A DNA stretch of 64,000 nt from Diadema antillarum. Taxonomy: Eukaryota. The stretch's first letter is position 1; every line of letters begins with the position of its first letter. The notes under the pieces were generated by a model that saw only the letters and a program-made list of their open reading frames with translations, had not been told where the DNA came from and did not search any database. Both the position numbers and the translations under genes were made by a program. Shown in pieces: positions 39,625-51,935 of this stretch. The DNA lies in the NCBI RefSeq assembly GCF_040938485.1, contig NW_027271723.1:310001-374000 (forward strand), in the 5' to 3' direction.

Positions 39625-40194
39625 TTAAAGGACAAGTCCACCTTCATAGACATATGGGTTGAGTGAATGCAACAATACTAGCAGAACACATCACTGAGAG
39701 TTTGAGGAAAATCGGACAATCCGTTCAAAAGTTATGAATTTTTGAAGTTTCTGCTCAGTCACGGCTAGATGAGGAGACTACTATAGCTTGTGATTTCCCA
39801 TGTGTACAACGATATAGAGAAAGTATAAAGAAAAATCAACATGAATTATTTTCACTTTTTCTCGCATAACAAAAGAACACTTGACTTCTCTCTTTCAGAA
39901 GGCAGGGGGAATGATATTGCCCTTACATACATCAGTAACAAGTTGAAGAAATTTGCTCTTTGTTTCAAAAAGTAAAGTTTTGTGAAATTCTCTTTTTATT
40001 TTTCCTATATCGTTGTACGCATGTGACATCATACACTGTAGTAGTCTTCTCATTCCGCAGTGATTGCGCAGATACTTTAAAAATTCATAACTTTTGAACG
40101 GATTGTTTGATTTTCCTCACGCTCTCACTGATGTGTACTTATATTGCTACATTCACTCAACCCACATGTCTATGAAGGTGGACTTGTCCTTTAA
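39625..40194. mobile_element. Kolobok-type MITE, same family as 3436-4001
   Basis: TTAAAGGACAAGTCCACCTTCATAGACAT ... ATGTCTATGAAGGTGGACTTGTCCTTTAA. Confidence 0.85.
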
Positions 40195-41420
40195 TCATGA
40201 CCAGTGCAGACCAGAATATTTCTGTCTGCACATAATAGAAGGGAATTGTTCTCTCAACATCAACTATCTGGAAGGAAAAGACAAAATACAAAACCCCAAA
40301 ACGAATATTAATAGCGAAGAAACACAAAACCTCATAGTAAAACGAAGACACGCGATCGTGTATGTATCCGTGTTGGTATTGTATGTAGTCCAAGTCCAGT
40401 TATAATTTCATCGAACTGTTGCCAAGTGGTATGGCCATATTATGGATTGAATGTCCAGATCTGTATTTTTAATGAAGTTTCATGATATACACGTAGCTAC
40501 TTGCATTATACGTCGTACTCGAGAACTCTCCGCTCATCGCCACGTAACTGTAGAAGTATATACCTCCACCCCGTCCCCACCCTCAAAAAGAGAACGCCAA
40601 CAAACAACAATAAAGCAATGAGCGGAAGTAAGAACGAAAATTTAAAAGTCACGCAAACAATGACATGGCCCGATTTTAAATGAATAGGACAGTCGTGCGA
40701 TCTATATACATTGCAGATAAGTTACTAGAATAGTAACATACTCTGTATCTATACCCAGCAACCACATTCGCACGATAAGAAAGAAAATTAAGAATGAACA
40801 ACATGACGTGATATGGTCGATAAATGGTATCAAGCACTGTCTGTGTTCCATTGCACGTAATGTTTTGCCAGTTATACCTGCTCATGGTACAGGAGAAGAT
40901 ATAGTGTTGAATGATATAGGCCTAATGTATAATACAATTTTCAAAAGTGTACGTCATGGTTGCTTTGACAACACTTCACCTTGTTCGTATAATACAATAA
41001 ATTTCCACCTGTTCGAGTAATTTTGTGACCCTCCGGAGAACATTTTCCTCTTCCGAGAAAGTCCATTAACATTCATTTGAAATTCAGCGGAAAAAAGCCC
41101 TCTAAAAACAAACAAACCCGCCATTGATAAATTTAGCATAACAATGGGGCACAGAAAAGGTTATGACTTATTAAATAGACTATCATTATGCAGAAGTGAG
41201 TGTTTGATAATCGGTTACGTTCCACCAGGCAGGTGAGCCTCCCTGGTTCCACCATGGCCATGATCGCTGCGAGTTGGTTGTCTTTGCCAACTTCCTGTGA
41301 CTTCGCGCTGAAATACAACGCAAAACAACAGATTACTAGTTATGGTCATAAGGCTTCGATGCCTTGACAAAGGCCCAGCTTTTCTCCTTTGTGTATATCT
41401 TGAGTGCAACCACGTGCGTG

Positions 41421-41454
<34 letters not shown>

Positions 41455-42358
41455 ACAGATCTAGAAAGAAATCCAAATTTACTGACGATTGGTGATTATT
41501 GAAGGCAAAGGAGAAGTTCTCAAGTGACGTCACAGTCTCAAAACCTGAATAATAATAATAATAATAATAAATAGTGATAATGATAATGATAATAAAGTAC
41601 AGTGGCTTCTCGCAGAGATGGCTGTTGGACTCAGTGTCAATGACGCATGCTGCCATGACATCCTTATCCTACAAATAAACCAAGCTTAAAGATATTTGTT
41701 CTTTAATTTCATCGTTCTGTTACTTTTCGTCTCAGGTTTTGCTCACTATAGGAACCTATACCTTGAGCTATGCGTCCTCGCCTTAATATAGGGAGGGTAA
41801 AAGGTTAGTGTTCATCGCAGACATCCCAAAAGAAATCCTTACATATTGTCCCACTTTATTCCCGAGAGCTCTGCAAACAAGGGAAAACACATCTATACAG
41901 TGATTCGATACAAGCTCAGTCAGTGATCACACTCTGATAGTTCGGACTTTCTCGGGATATTGTTGCCGTGCCCAGAAATGACTCGACAAAATCACACTAC
42001 GTGACTTGTTTCTATAGTGGTTTGTGTTTATTGTAAGTGTCGAATGAAGATCTGCTATACAGCAAAAGGGTAAGTTGGTATACCTGGATGTGTTGCAGAA
42101 AGTCCAACGGAAATCCCACTCACGACTTGGCCACTTTTCCTCTTACATTCGAAAAGTCCACGACTTGCGTGTCAATAAATAAGCTCACGAGTGTAAGATT
42201 ACGGTTTTCCCTCGTCGTATTTTTTTTAATTCCAGAAATGATAATCGCGTGCAGAATTACAAAGCGAAATCATCATCACACACGATTGTTATCGTTTCGT
42301 GTTTATCGTCTGTTTCCTTTTCGGTGTTGCCTGTTAAAACAACAACAAAGTAGAGGAT

Positions 42359-43263
42359 TTAAAGGTACTGTTTACCATTGGAAGCAGTGATTTCAAATTG
42401 TTTCGAGATATCACATTTTGATGCATATGTGAAGGTCAAGTGTATGACACAACATCCTACAATATACAAATTTTGCAATAAAGCCTCAAGAATAAGGAGA
42501 TATCATTATTTTTCTCAATAAACCATAACTGTAGACGGTTTAGTCTAGAAATATTTTTATTATAACCATTGTTAACATTTTTGCATATTTAACTATACTT
42601 AATGTTGATTATACACTGCAAAAAGTCCGGTGTTAAATAGTGAACACCGAGCTGGTATTAAATTTTCGGTGCTCATTTATGGTGTTAAATTAACACCTCC
42701 GGGTGTCTTTTCCAAATTTTCCAACTGTTCTTTGAAGAGTTTCTTAGTAACTGCACTTCTTGTTGATTTTTAATTTAAACAAGACGATCAAGAATTTTAC
42801 ATTAAAATACTAGATTTTTGAAAAAATGTGAAATTAAATTTACACCAAAGTAACACCAGCTGGTGTGGTCTCTTATTGAAGCTGGACGGGTGTTAGACCA
42901 TTGATATTAACACCAACAAATATCAAATCAACACCGTGTGGTGTCATTTTTGAATTAACACCAGTACAGTGTCAAAATAACACCAGGTACAGTGTCAAAT
43001 TAACACCACGAAGTGTCAGGTGAACACTTTTCAACACCATCACAGTGCATTTTTAACACCTGTGGGTGTGGTCCTTTATTGAAGTTTGATCGGTGTTAGA
43101 TTTAACACCCGTGGTGTTAAATATAACACCGATGTTTTTACAGTGTGCTGATTAACTTTTTTTACACAGGTTGTTTCTAGCCCTAACTCACATTTCAGAA
43201 CTATTTTGAAGCACCAAAGCTGGGATTTTTGTTTCATCTGCAAATGGTAAACAATGCCTTTAA
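42359..43263. mobile_element. Kolobok-type MITE (second family) interrupted by a CACTG element
   Basis: TTAAAGGTACTGTTTACCATT ... AATGGTAAACAATGCCTTTAA (2 mismatches). Confidence 0.75.
42614..43145. mobile_element. CACTA/EnSpm-like non-autonomous element (CACTG termini)
   Basis: TIR CACTGCAAAAAGTCCGGTGTT / AACACCGATGTTTTTACAGTG; 17 copies of AACACC/GGTGTT inside. Confidence 0.7.
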
Positions 43264-43653
43264 TAATTTTCGCGCTGATATTCCTCACATAAAGATACTG
43301 TGTTCTGTGTTTAGTCTGGTTTTGCATGCTAAATGTGGATTTATTATGCGTGACTCGATAATTCAAATAGATAAAGCTCTGAGGTTTCCATCACTTCTCC
43401 CTGGCGTTATAGCACTCTCAAATCCACAAATTCTTTCCCTTTATTTTTGATTGAGACTCTTCGTTTTCTTAGGACGTGTAATGACGCAGAATATTGCACA
43501 GAAGATTTTAAGTGCAAATATAAAGTCATGATGATGAGGTATAACACATCACCGATCCGCTAGGTTTGCATGGTGATTTTATAATAGTTATGTGATAAAG
43601 GTCATAACTCTTGTGCATTATACTAAGTATATAGTTGGACTCTTCCTGTCATA

Positions 43654-43684
<31 letters not shown>

Positions 43685-43714
43685 GTGTGCGTGTGCGTGT
43701 GCGTGTGTGTGTGT
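43654..43714. repeat. (TG)n/(TGCG)n microsatellite; other (TG/CA)n tracts at ~19032, 34589, 41422, 57244, 58940, 59048, 62565
   Basis: Direct inspection. Confidence 0.9.
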
Positions 43715-44527
43715 GGGGGGGGGGTGAGGGATGTGATATGTGTGTGTATAGTGTAATGTGACAAACCAAATCGAAATTGACATTTTGTAATGGAGTATAT
43801 CCGTCTGCTCAAGGAAACCACAAATGAGCCTGCACAACTACAATATTCAAACTTAATTATTAGACTCACTATTCGTTTTCATCACGTATGAACACTGTGA
43901 TGAGCAACGTTTGGCTCTTTTGTTTTTTGCACTACATGTGAAGTCACGTATTAGAGTTTGAATAAGAGAAGTGTTCATGTTGGCGGGAAATTTACTTTGG
44001 AAGTATAAGCATGATCATGCGTCATTGGATGACCCTCGCAATCCATTTTATTCATTTTCATTTCAATTTGATTTCAACGCGGTGATAAAAAGGAATTTGT
44101 TGTTGTTGTTATTTTAAAGGAAGAAAGAAGAGATATCAGCGCGAAAATCATTAAAGGCATTGTTTACCATTTGCAGATGAAACAAAAACCCCAGCTTTAG
44201 TGCTTCAAAATAGTTCTGAAAGAGAAGAAAGAAGAGAAAAGAAGGAATTTGCTCTGCCAGTGACTGTTTGATTATTCTGCAAGTCCGTGTCGATAATATG
44301 ACAGTAGAAACACGGCGCAATAGATTCAAAGTGGACAAAATGGAAAAGGAAATCACACGGAGAAAATAAAGGTGTCACGGAACAATTTTAGAGAATACAA
44401 CCATACGGACAAAAGACAGAAAACAACATTGGTTCTCATCGTTCAGCATTATAAGCTTTCTGGCCTTGATAATTGTTGTACATGCATGTGTGATTAATGT
44501 GGGACTATACAACAGTGTACCGTTGTT

Positions 44528-44767
44528 TTAATTTAATGAACCATGAATTATTGAAACCCGTATGAAGTTATTCCACTCTTTACTTCCTCTGAATTGTAAA
44601 GTTTTTGCGTTTGGAGTTAGTTTAGAATTGATGCATAGCTCAAATTTCAACACGGTACGTCCAAAGTTGCTTGGAAATAACTGACGGGAGACTTGGGGGA
44701 AATTCCACGAGTGCATTGTCTCGAATATCAGTGAACTTTTCACATTTCTTACACGTCGAAAGGGCAA
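44528..44767 (-). mobile_element. Decayed L2-like LINE ORF2 C-terminal fragment
   Basis: ...KTLQFRGSKEWNNF... resembles the L2 G.K.WN.L end motif (compare GPDIWNSLP in the intact element). Confidence 0.35.
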
Positions 44768-45303
44768 AGTCTTAGAATTCGCGAATACGCTGTCTTTGTG
44801 AAATTGATGGGTATCAGTAGCATGTAACTGTTGTGATAGTTTGATAATGTCGATCTTGGTAGCTATTATAGAAAAAATCCCGACATGAAGTGACGCAAAA
44901 AAGGTGCTCTGACAAAAGATACACGTGTGGGAAAAACTGATTCATTAAAAGTGGATGTACACGATGAATAACGATAAAGAGCTATACCATTCTACACGTT
45001 CAATACCAAATACTTTGCTGTTTGATTGAGAAAAAACCCTGCTTAATGAGTAAATGTAAAAACTAGCGAATCTGTACAAACATTAATTTTGATTAAACGA
45101 TACCATTAGGCCCCTATATAACTGTGTATCCATAGGTAGACTTAGGCATGCATTCAAGGCCATGGACCACTGTGTCCCAGTGCGTTTGTGTACGTGTTTC
45201 GATATCGTTAGAAAGTGTTTTTGAAAGTTCGATAATTAGACATTTTGAGTGCAAATCCAGCAAGAGATGACAGCAAACGTCGTTAAAATGATGCGAAGAC
45301 AGA

Positions 45304-45887
45304 AGTTACGTTCAGACGGTAGGCCCTAACCTCGAGGTTAGGAAACCTCGAGGTTTAGCTCTTGCCCCCTAACTACGACGTGTGTCCACACGACGAATCG
45401 TAACCTCGAGGTTACGAAACTTCGAGGTTAAGCTTCTGCCCCCCGTTTTTTAGCGTCGGAGAAGAATATAGAATACAGTAGCGAGTTCGACATGTTCAGT
45501 TTCAGAGATCAAGCGCATGGGAAGAAAAGATGATGTTGTTGTGTCGTGCGTCATAGGTTTTTCATGTGTAGTGTATTTGTGGTGTACGTTTGGGAGGTTG
45601 ACCCGGAAGCAGAGGGAAATTGTGGGGGGGGGGGGGGGGCTGGAGTTTACGGCGAGGTCACTCTTAACTTCGAGTTCGTTGTTTTTTGTGTCCACACGGT
45701 GCTAACTAAGTGGGGACCCCCCGCGGCTCGTGGTTAGAGCGCTAACCATAAGATTTCTCGTGGCTCGAAACATCGAGCAAACCTCGAGGTTTGCTAACTA
45801 CGAGTGCGTCTTCACGGTCCCTAACTACAAGCTCTAACCTCGAAGTTTCCTAACTTCGAGGTTAAGGGCTCCCGTCTGAACGTAACT
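45304..45887. mobile_element. MITE with ~55-bp TIRs and arrays of 14-bp palindromes (T/A)AACCTCGAGGTT(A/T); superfamily unknown
   Basis: AGTTACGTTCAGACGG... / ...CCGTCTGAACGTAACT; palindrome copies at 45327, 45343, 45401, 45417, 45779, 45835, 45851. Confidence 0.75.
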
Positions 45888-46717
45888 ATTGAAAATCTGC
45901 ATTGCTTGGACTTCTGTTCTGTTCTGTACAAACTGTATATAGGCCTAGGCCAGATTTCCCTCTGTGTAAAGTGAAAAAGCAGGCCTTCTCTAGCTCCGTG
46001 CCTCAGTCTTACGCCATAGGAGCAGTGTTTAGTCAGGGAGGTGGTTTAGTAAAGCAGTGTATAGTTCCTACAGTAAATCATTGGCAAGGGATGACTGTGT
46101 ACACGCCTTTGTGATCCAGTCTCTAGTCACTTATCGTTTTAGCAGGTTCCGCTGTCTAGTCCACCTCTCTTTTCTATCTCCCTTCCCCCTTTCTCTCTCT
46201 CTCTCTCGCTTTCCTTTTTTTCTATTTTCCTCTCCTTATATCTTTGTCTTGCTTCCTGATTAGCAGAACGTCTGTTGGCGAACGTAGTGCTGTTGATGAG
46301 TCAGCCAACGGCCTCACATCTTTCCCCAGTATCCGTGCACCCCTTATTATCCCGAACTAATTGGAAAGGGGGGGGGGGGGGCAGCACATACCCCCTCAAT
46401 GTAGCACCTGTTAATGTTCACTTCGGGCTAAAATTAATTTGAATGTTAGTGCATGCCGAGGTGGAGGTATTTAGATGCAAATGCTCACACTGGTTTCGTG
46501 AATGAATCCGGGTATTAGTTTACAGTATGTAATTGTAATCATACAGACATTAATATTACACGCCATTTCCACTCAGAAAAAGAGTGCTCAAAGCGCACGA
46601 GGAGGATTTTGACCAAACATGACAAAGATCGATAAAATGAAAGTGGCATTAATGATAACAAGAACGGTGACGACGATGGTAAAGTAGTGATAGAATAGTA
46701 TGATAGTTACAATGTTG

Positions 46718-46904
46718 NNNNNNNNNNNNNNNNNNNNNNNNNNNNNNNNNNNNNNNNNNNNNNNNNNNNNNNNNNNNNNNNNNNNNNNNNNNNNNNNNNN
46801 NNNNNNNNNNNNNNNNNNNNNNNNNNNNNNNNNNNNNNNNNNNNNNNNNNNNNNNNNNNNNNNNNNNNNNNNNNNNNNNNNNNNNNNNNNNNNNNNNNNN
46901 NNNN
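46718..46904. other. Assembly gap (N run) within (ATC/GAT)n-like low-complexity DNA
   Basis: Run of n. Confidence 1.
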
Positions 46905-49837
46905 TTATGATGATCATCGTCATCATAATCATAGTCATGATAATGTGATCATGATTAACAGTAATAATAACCTCCCTTGGCGGAGGTAATATTTGATAAG
47001 AATGAAGAAGGATTATGGATATCATAACCGTACCATGCAGACAATGTAATAGAATGATAGCGAACAGACAATATAGATAATAATGTTAACGACATGTACC
47101 GGTATACACTTGTGGTTGACATAGATCAGCAGAAAACATCGATAATATAATGATGACATTTATTTTGCTGTGAACTTGTAAAGTGCAGTGCAAACGCTTA
47201 TCATTGCTAAAAACAAGATTAGCACTTCAGGAGGTTACAGTGCAGATTTAATCATACGTCATCGGGTATTATACAGATTGGATAGAAGCAAACCAACTTC
47301 CATGTATTTCGTTATTCATGTAATTACAGTTAGTATTACAACGTCAAGTTTAGGGTGTAATTGCTCTACTTGACACGTGGGATACTAGCATAGAATTCAA
47401 CATGAAGGACCGTGCAGCCAAAATTGCCGCAAGTATAAGGTGCACGGGTATATGACGATCTAAGACGGTCAGACCTTCATGCCTGATGTTCTATGAACAT
47501 AATGATTATGATTCTCCCCATACTATTGGAAATCGTGTGTCCAAGTGGCGAAGAGTGTGCAAAGGCCTCAAGTGATTACGTAATAACACCCCTCTCCCCT
47601 CTCTCTCCTCCCCGAAGCGTGCATGGGTGTGAGGGAGAATTCTTATAAGAGAAATCAGACCTACAAAAACAAGTGAACCGAAGCAGACGAACTGAAGTGC
47701 ATGGGCAGACGATGTGAAGTGGGCATTATGTCTTAGTCTGTAAACTATAATAACATAAAGTGACTTGTGTTCTCTGAATTATTGTATGGCCGGAAGTACT
47801 ACCTATACAATTATGATTATTATGATGAAACCAAATAGAGCAAGGGCATGGCATAAAATGCCACGTACGATGTAAATTGTAAACGACTGTTAACTAGCGT
47901 CTCCAACCCACGCTGCAATCTGCTGTTATGATGACTATCTTTTTGTATTCCACAATCTTCTCTTCTCATATATCAATTCGAAAGCACTTAATTGTGTCTG
48001 CAGTGTAGGCTGTAGATAATCTTCATGTACTAATTTTGCGCTTCTAAAAAGAGTCATCCGTGAAGTGTAGCTCGTACATCGCCGCGTTACTTTACAACGT
48101 CTGGTGCGCGCGTCTGGTGAGCGTGCCCCTTTAAACGGGTCGTCCTGTTCGCCTGTGAACACCATTTACGCGATTTCCTGTTGTCATGGCACTGCCTTGA
48201 TTTTCTGACTTGTAGAACAGATGACTCGCTCACAACGCATATCCTTTCGCCGGAGTGTCACAACAAAGTTGGCGGCTTTTTTATCTTTACACGCAGCGAA
48301 ACGTAACCTTTATTTTTTGTACACCATACGTTGGAATGTTGTCGAAAAAACAACAGCAAACAAACAACAAACCCAGAAATGCTGAGTGATATAATAATGG
48401 CTTTTATATTTATTGTTTTGCTCTCGATTACATTCATTCCTTTCTCAGATATTTGTTCAAAGTGCAATTTATGCACTGTTGAATTAACATTCATGCCTAT
48501 ATAGGGGCCTGTTTAAATTTTGTCGTTTTCATGTGTAATAATGGAGTTGATCCAAGCCAACAATATATCATTATCCTCTTCGAATTTGAATCACCCGATC
48601 GGGGGGGGGGGGGGCGCTCTTGAGGCAGTCATTCTGTTGATTTTTGTTCATTAATGTTTGAATGAATTTACAAATGAAACGTACGCATGGTATATTGTCT
48701 TGATGACAAATTTGATTATGGTGTGCAGTTTGTAAATGATTAGCGTGTTCATCAGCGTCAGTGATCAAGTGTGTCACTGCTATGGGGCTAAATGGTTATG
48801 ACTGAAAACATATCAGTTTCATTTCGCGAAACATATATATATATATATATATATTTTTGCTGTTGTTGTTGGATAGGATGGTGGTGGGGTGTTGGCTCGA
48901 AAAGAAACTATCATATATAGTAACTCGTTCCTAGTAGGGCTTGACTATCAGGAAAACATAATGTTTCATATTTCAAAACCGGAAAATTGAATTTTAGCCA
49001 TTTTTTTTTGTGTGTACACGATCAATGGTAAAACGTGAGTCGCAGACATCATCAGCTCACTGATTTACATATTCATGTAAACTATTCAAGAACTATATTG
49101 TACACTTTCATTACACTCTTACTCTCATCCGATTTTGATCAAATTTTCATTTTCGTGCTTCTCTTATTTTACTCCTTCTTTTCAGACCCACTTTTAACCT
49201 CTTGAATTTCCCTTTAAGTCAAGTGCGATATGTTAAAGGTGAATTTCTCCCTAAAATATGGATTCATTGAATGGAGGAGTAGTTGTACGCACCAATGAAG
49301 TCCGAGGAAAATTGGACAAATCCCTCCCAAAGTGATTGATTTTTTAAAGCTTTATCTAAATCTATCAGCCGTCATCTCTTGATAAGGAGACTATACAACT
49401 TGTGATGTCACAGTACGCCTAGGACGTTGCTATCTGTAAAGAGAATTTCACATATTTGCTATTTTCCCGCATAATGAACGTACCTCTTTCAGAAGACAGC
49501 TGGATAATAGTACACTGTATACCATTAATACAAGATGAAGAACTATATCCTTTCGTTAAAGAGAAAATACACTTACATTTTGTGTAATTCTCTTTATAGT
49601 TCTTCTTTAAAAGAAGGTTTTAGATAGCGGGCATCGAAGAAAGGAGAGAAGTTAAGGGGTGCAGGCCCAAGAGGCTAAGTTTGAGAATCATGCTTGCGGA
49701 TACGAGCGGTGCTCGTCCAAGTAATAACGTTCACTGTATTAAATACTGTGAATGTTTTGTGCTTAAATGGGAATTTTACTCCAATCCATTTGTAAGCTTC
49801 TTTGAATGTAGTATATGAAATATAGAACCAAACAACC

Positions 49838-49976
49838 ATTAAGTATACAGCTGGGTCGAGAGGGACATGGTGGGTAAAAACATCTTGTCCGAGGACGTAA
49901 AGCACCGGGCAGGAATCGAACTCGAGTCCTCGGATGTGGGAGTCGGGGGTCTTATCCACTAAGCCACAGCGCCCCC
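49838..49976 (-). mobile_element. tRNA-derived SINE (5' head and start of core)
   Basis: Pol III A box TGGCTTAGTGG (49966-49956) and B box GAGTTCGATTCC (49923-49912), followed by GTCCTCGGACAAGATG...CTCGACCCAGCTGTATA rather than a tRNA acceptor stem. Confidence 0.8.
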
Positions 49977-50479
49977 ACTTTTGCCATTGATGAATGCTGT
50001 GAAAGAGATCATTTTCAAAGTTTCACAACCTGGCTGAATATGATGTGGAATTTGTTTCTATCCTGCATAATAATACAATGACCTCTGATATTACCTAGCT
50101 ATTGTTTGATTTTTACTCGTTTTATGAGACAAAGTAGAGCGCGTCGAGGAGTTTTCTTTTGAGGTATAGGGTTGTGACGTGAGAGATGTCTGCTACCAGT
50201 TGAGAGCAGCATTGTGTGCTGGCACTGGGAGGGACGCTTTCGAGACATAAGTGATCATTTGCGTTCATTGTGCCTCTTCGTAAACTCAATTCAAGGGTAC
50301 TTAAAATATAATGATAGTCATCATCCGATACTTCTCTCAGTGATTCATCGGGACATCGTTTTCACAATGATAGTTGAGAATAATGATAATGATAAAAAAG
50401 AAACAACAATAGCCATATTTTAATTCCGATCACAACTTTGGTATACATTGTATTTCCAAAGTCTCGTGGCATCGAATTT

Positions 50480-50722
50480 GGTTCTGTTTTCATTCTGTAT
50501 AATCCGTTTATGCGCGTTTAGATTTGTCCGGAATAAATATGATGTGTCAATTCCCCGTATCGTCAAACATGTCTTGTAATGATCTGCCTTAAGTTTATTT
50601 AGAACTGAAGGAAGGAAATGCAGAGAATCTATCTCTCTTTGCGCTCGTTTCCTGCATAATCTGCGCGTCGTTTTACGATATCGAAACCTGTGTGTATGCC
50701 TCATCCCAATATCGGCATCCAT
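50480..50722 (-). mobile_element. Possible decayed CR1-like LINE ORF2 3' fragment
   Basis: ...KRAQR...LKADHYKTCLTIRGIDTSYLF... loosely matches the CR1 pattern QRRA...RGDLI..YKI..G.D...F. Confidence 0.3.
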
Positions 50723-51741
50723 CCCAAGAAATCAGATATGTTCACGAAGTGTCGTGTTCACCTTAAATTACGTACGAGGATATTCTTGATTTCAAATCGG
50801 CGAGCTTTTGACAACATTATGTACTTCAATAATTGCTTTGAATAGTTGGGTTATTCGTTGAGTGCTTAAGAAATTGTTTAAAATCACCACCAAGGATAAA
50901 AAGGAGATAGTTGTCACGCAATCAGACGACACTCGAGTTAACAGGTTAAGTGTAAGGTTGTCAAGGATGTCGTCTGCAAGGAATCATTGTTTTTTTTATT
51001 CAAGTGCAATTCAACACTTTGTTCAAGTTGGCTTCAATAAGGCACGGTGTGAAATCGGACGAACCGAATGGTAGAGGCGACACTAAAAATGGGATAAAAT
51101 AAGACAGCTGCATTATGTGCAATGTAAGAGTTTGCTATGTTTTCACCCGTCAAGAAAATTAGTCGTACTCAATGATTATTCTAAACAGAAGAGGCAATAA
51201 ATCAATGACATCACAAGACTCTCATTAAACTGCACACGAATCTTTTTATCTTTTTTTTTTTTTGGTGGGGGTGGGGGGGGGGGGGGGTGGGGGGAGCGGT
51301 TGGAACATCAACATGAAAATAATGAGACTAAGGTGGAAAATATAATGATGCATATAGTGTATGGTACAAATATATGGTATAAATTTTGTAATATATGATA
51401 TCTCATGTGTAATATATGCTATATATGGAATTATTTATGACATAAATAAAATATTATGATATAATATGATAAATAATTGAAAACATATTCGTTGCATCGG
51501 CCAGTAGACAGTTTGATGGTATTATTTATGCATATTATTATTTGTTTCAGAAACGTTGCCCGTAGGCAATGTTCGAGCGTGATGGAGCGTCACCTGAGGT
51601 TGCCTCGCAACCAATTCATACAGAATCGATTCCGCCTATAACTTGTTAATCCATGCAGTATATGTGGGCTGCTTGCATAATTATGTATACAACGTATTCG
51701 AATTGAACATAATTATTTATGCCGTTAAAACTCAAAATGGT

Positions 51742-51935
51742 TCCCAGCATCGGAAAGTTTCATCAAGGCTTGCCCGAAATGGCAGCAACCCATGCATGTA
51801 AAGTAGATTCCAAGCGTGCTAGATATACATTGCATGTGTACCATTGTATTCCTCCAACCAGAAAGCTTCTTCAAGACTTGCCCGAAATAGCAGCAACCAT
51901 ACCGTAATGCATGCAAACTCGATTCCAAGCGCACA
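51742..51935. repeat. Two-copy direct repeat, ~108-bp period
   Basis: TCAAG(G/A)CTTGCCCGAAAT(G/A)GCAGCAACC...GATTCCAAGCG at 51763 and 51871. Confidence 0.85.

Noticed and set aside
49838-49976. Functional tRNA gene
   Set aside because: A and B boxes are present, but there is no complementary acceptor stem or poly-T terminator, and it runs into SINE-type sequence.
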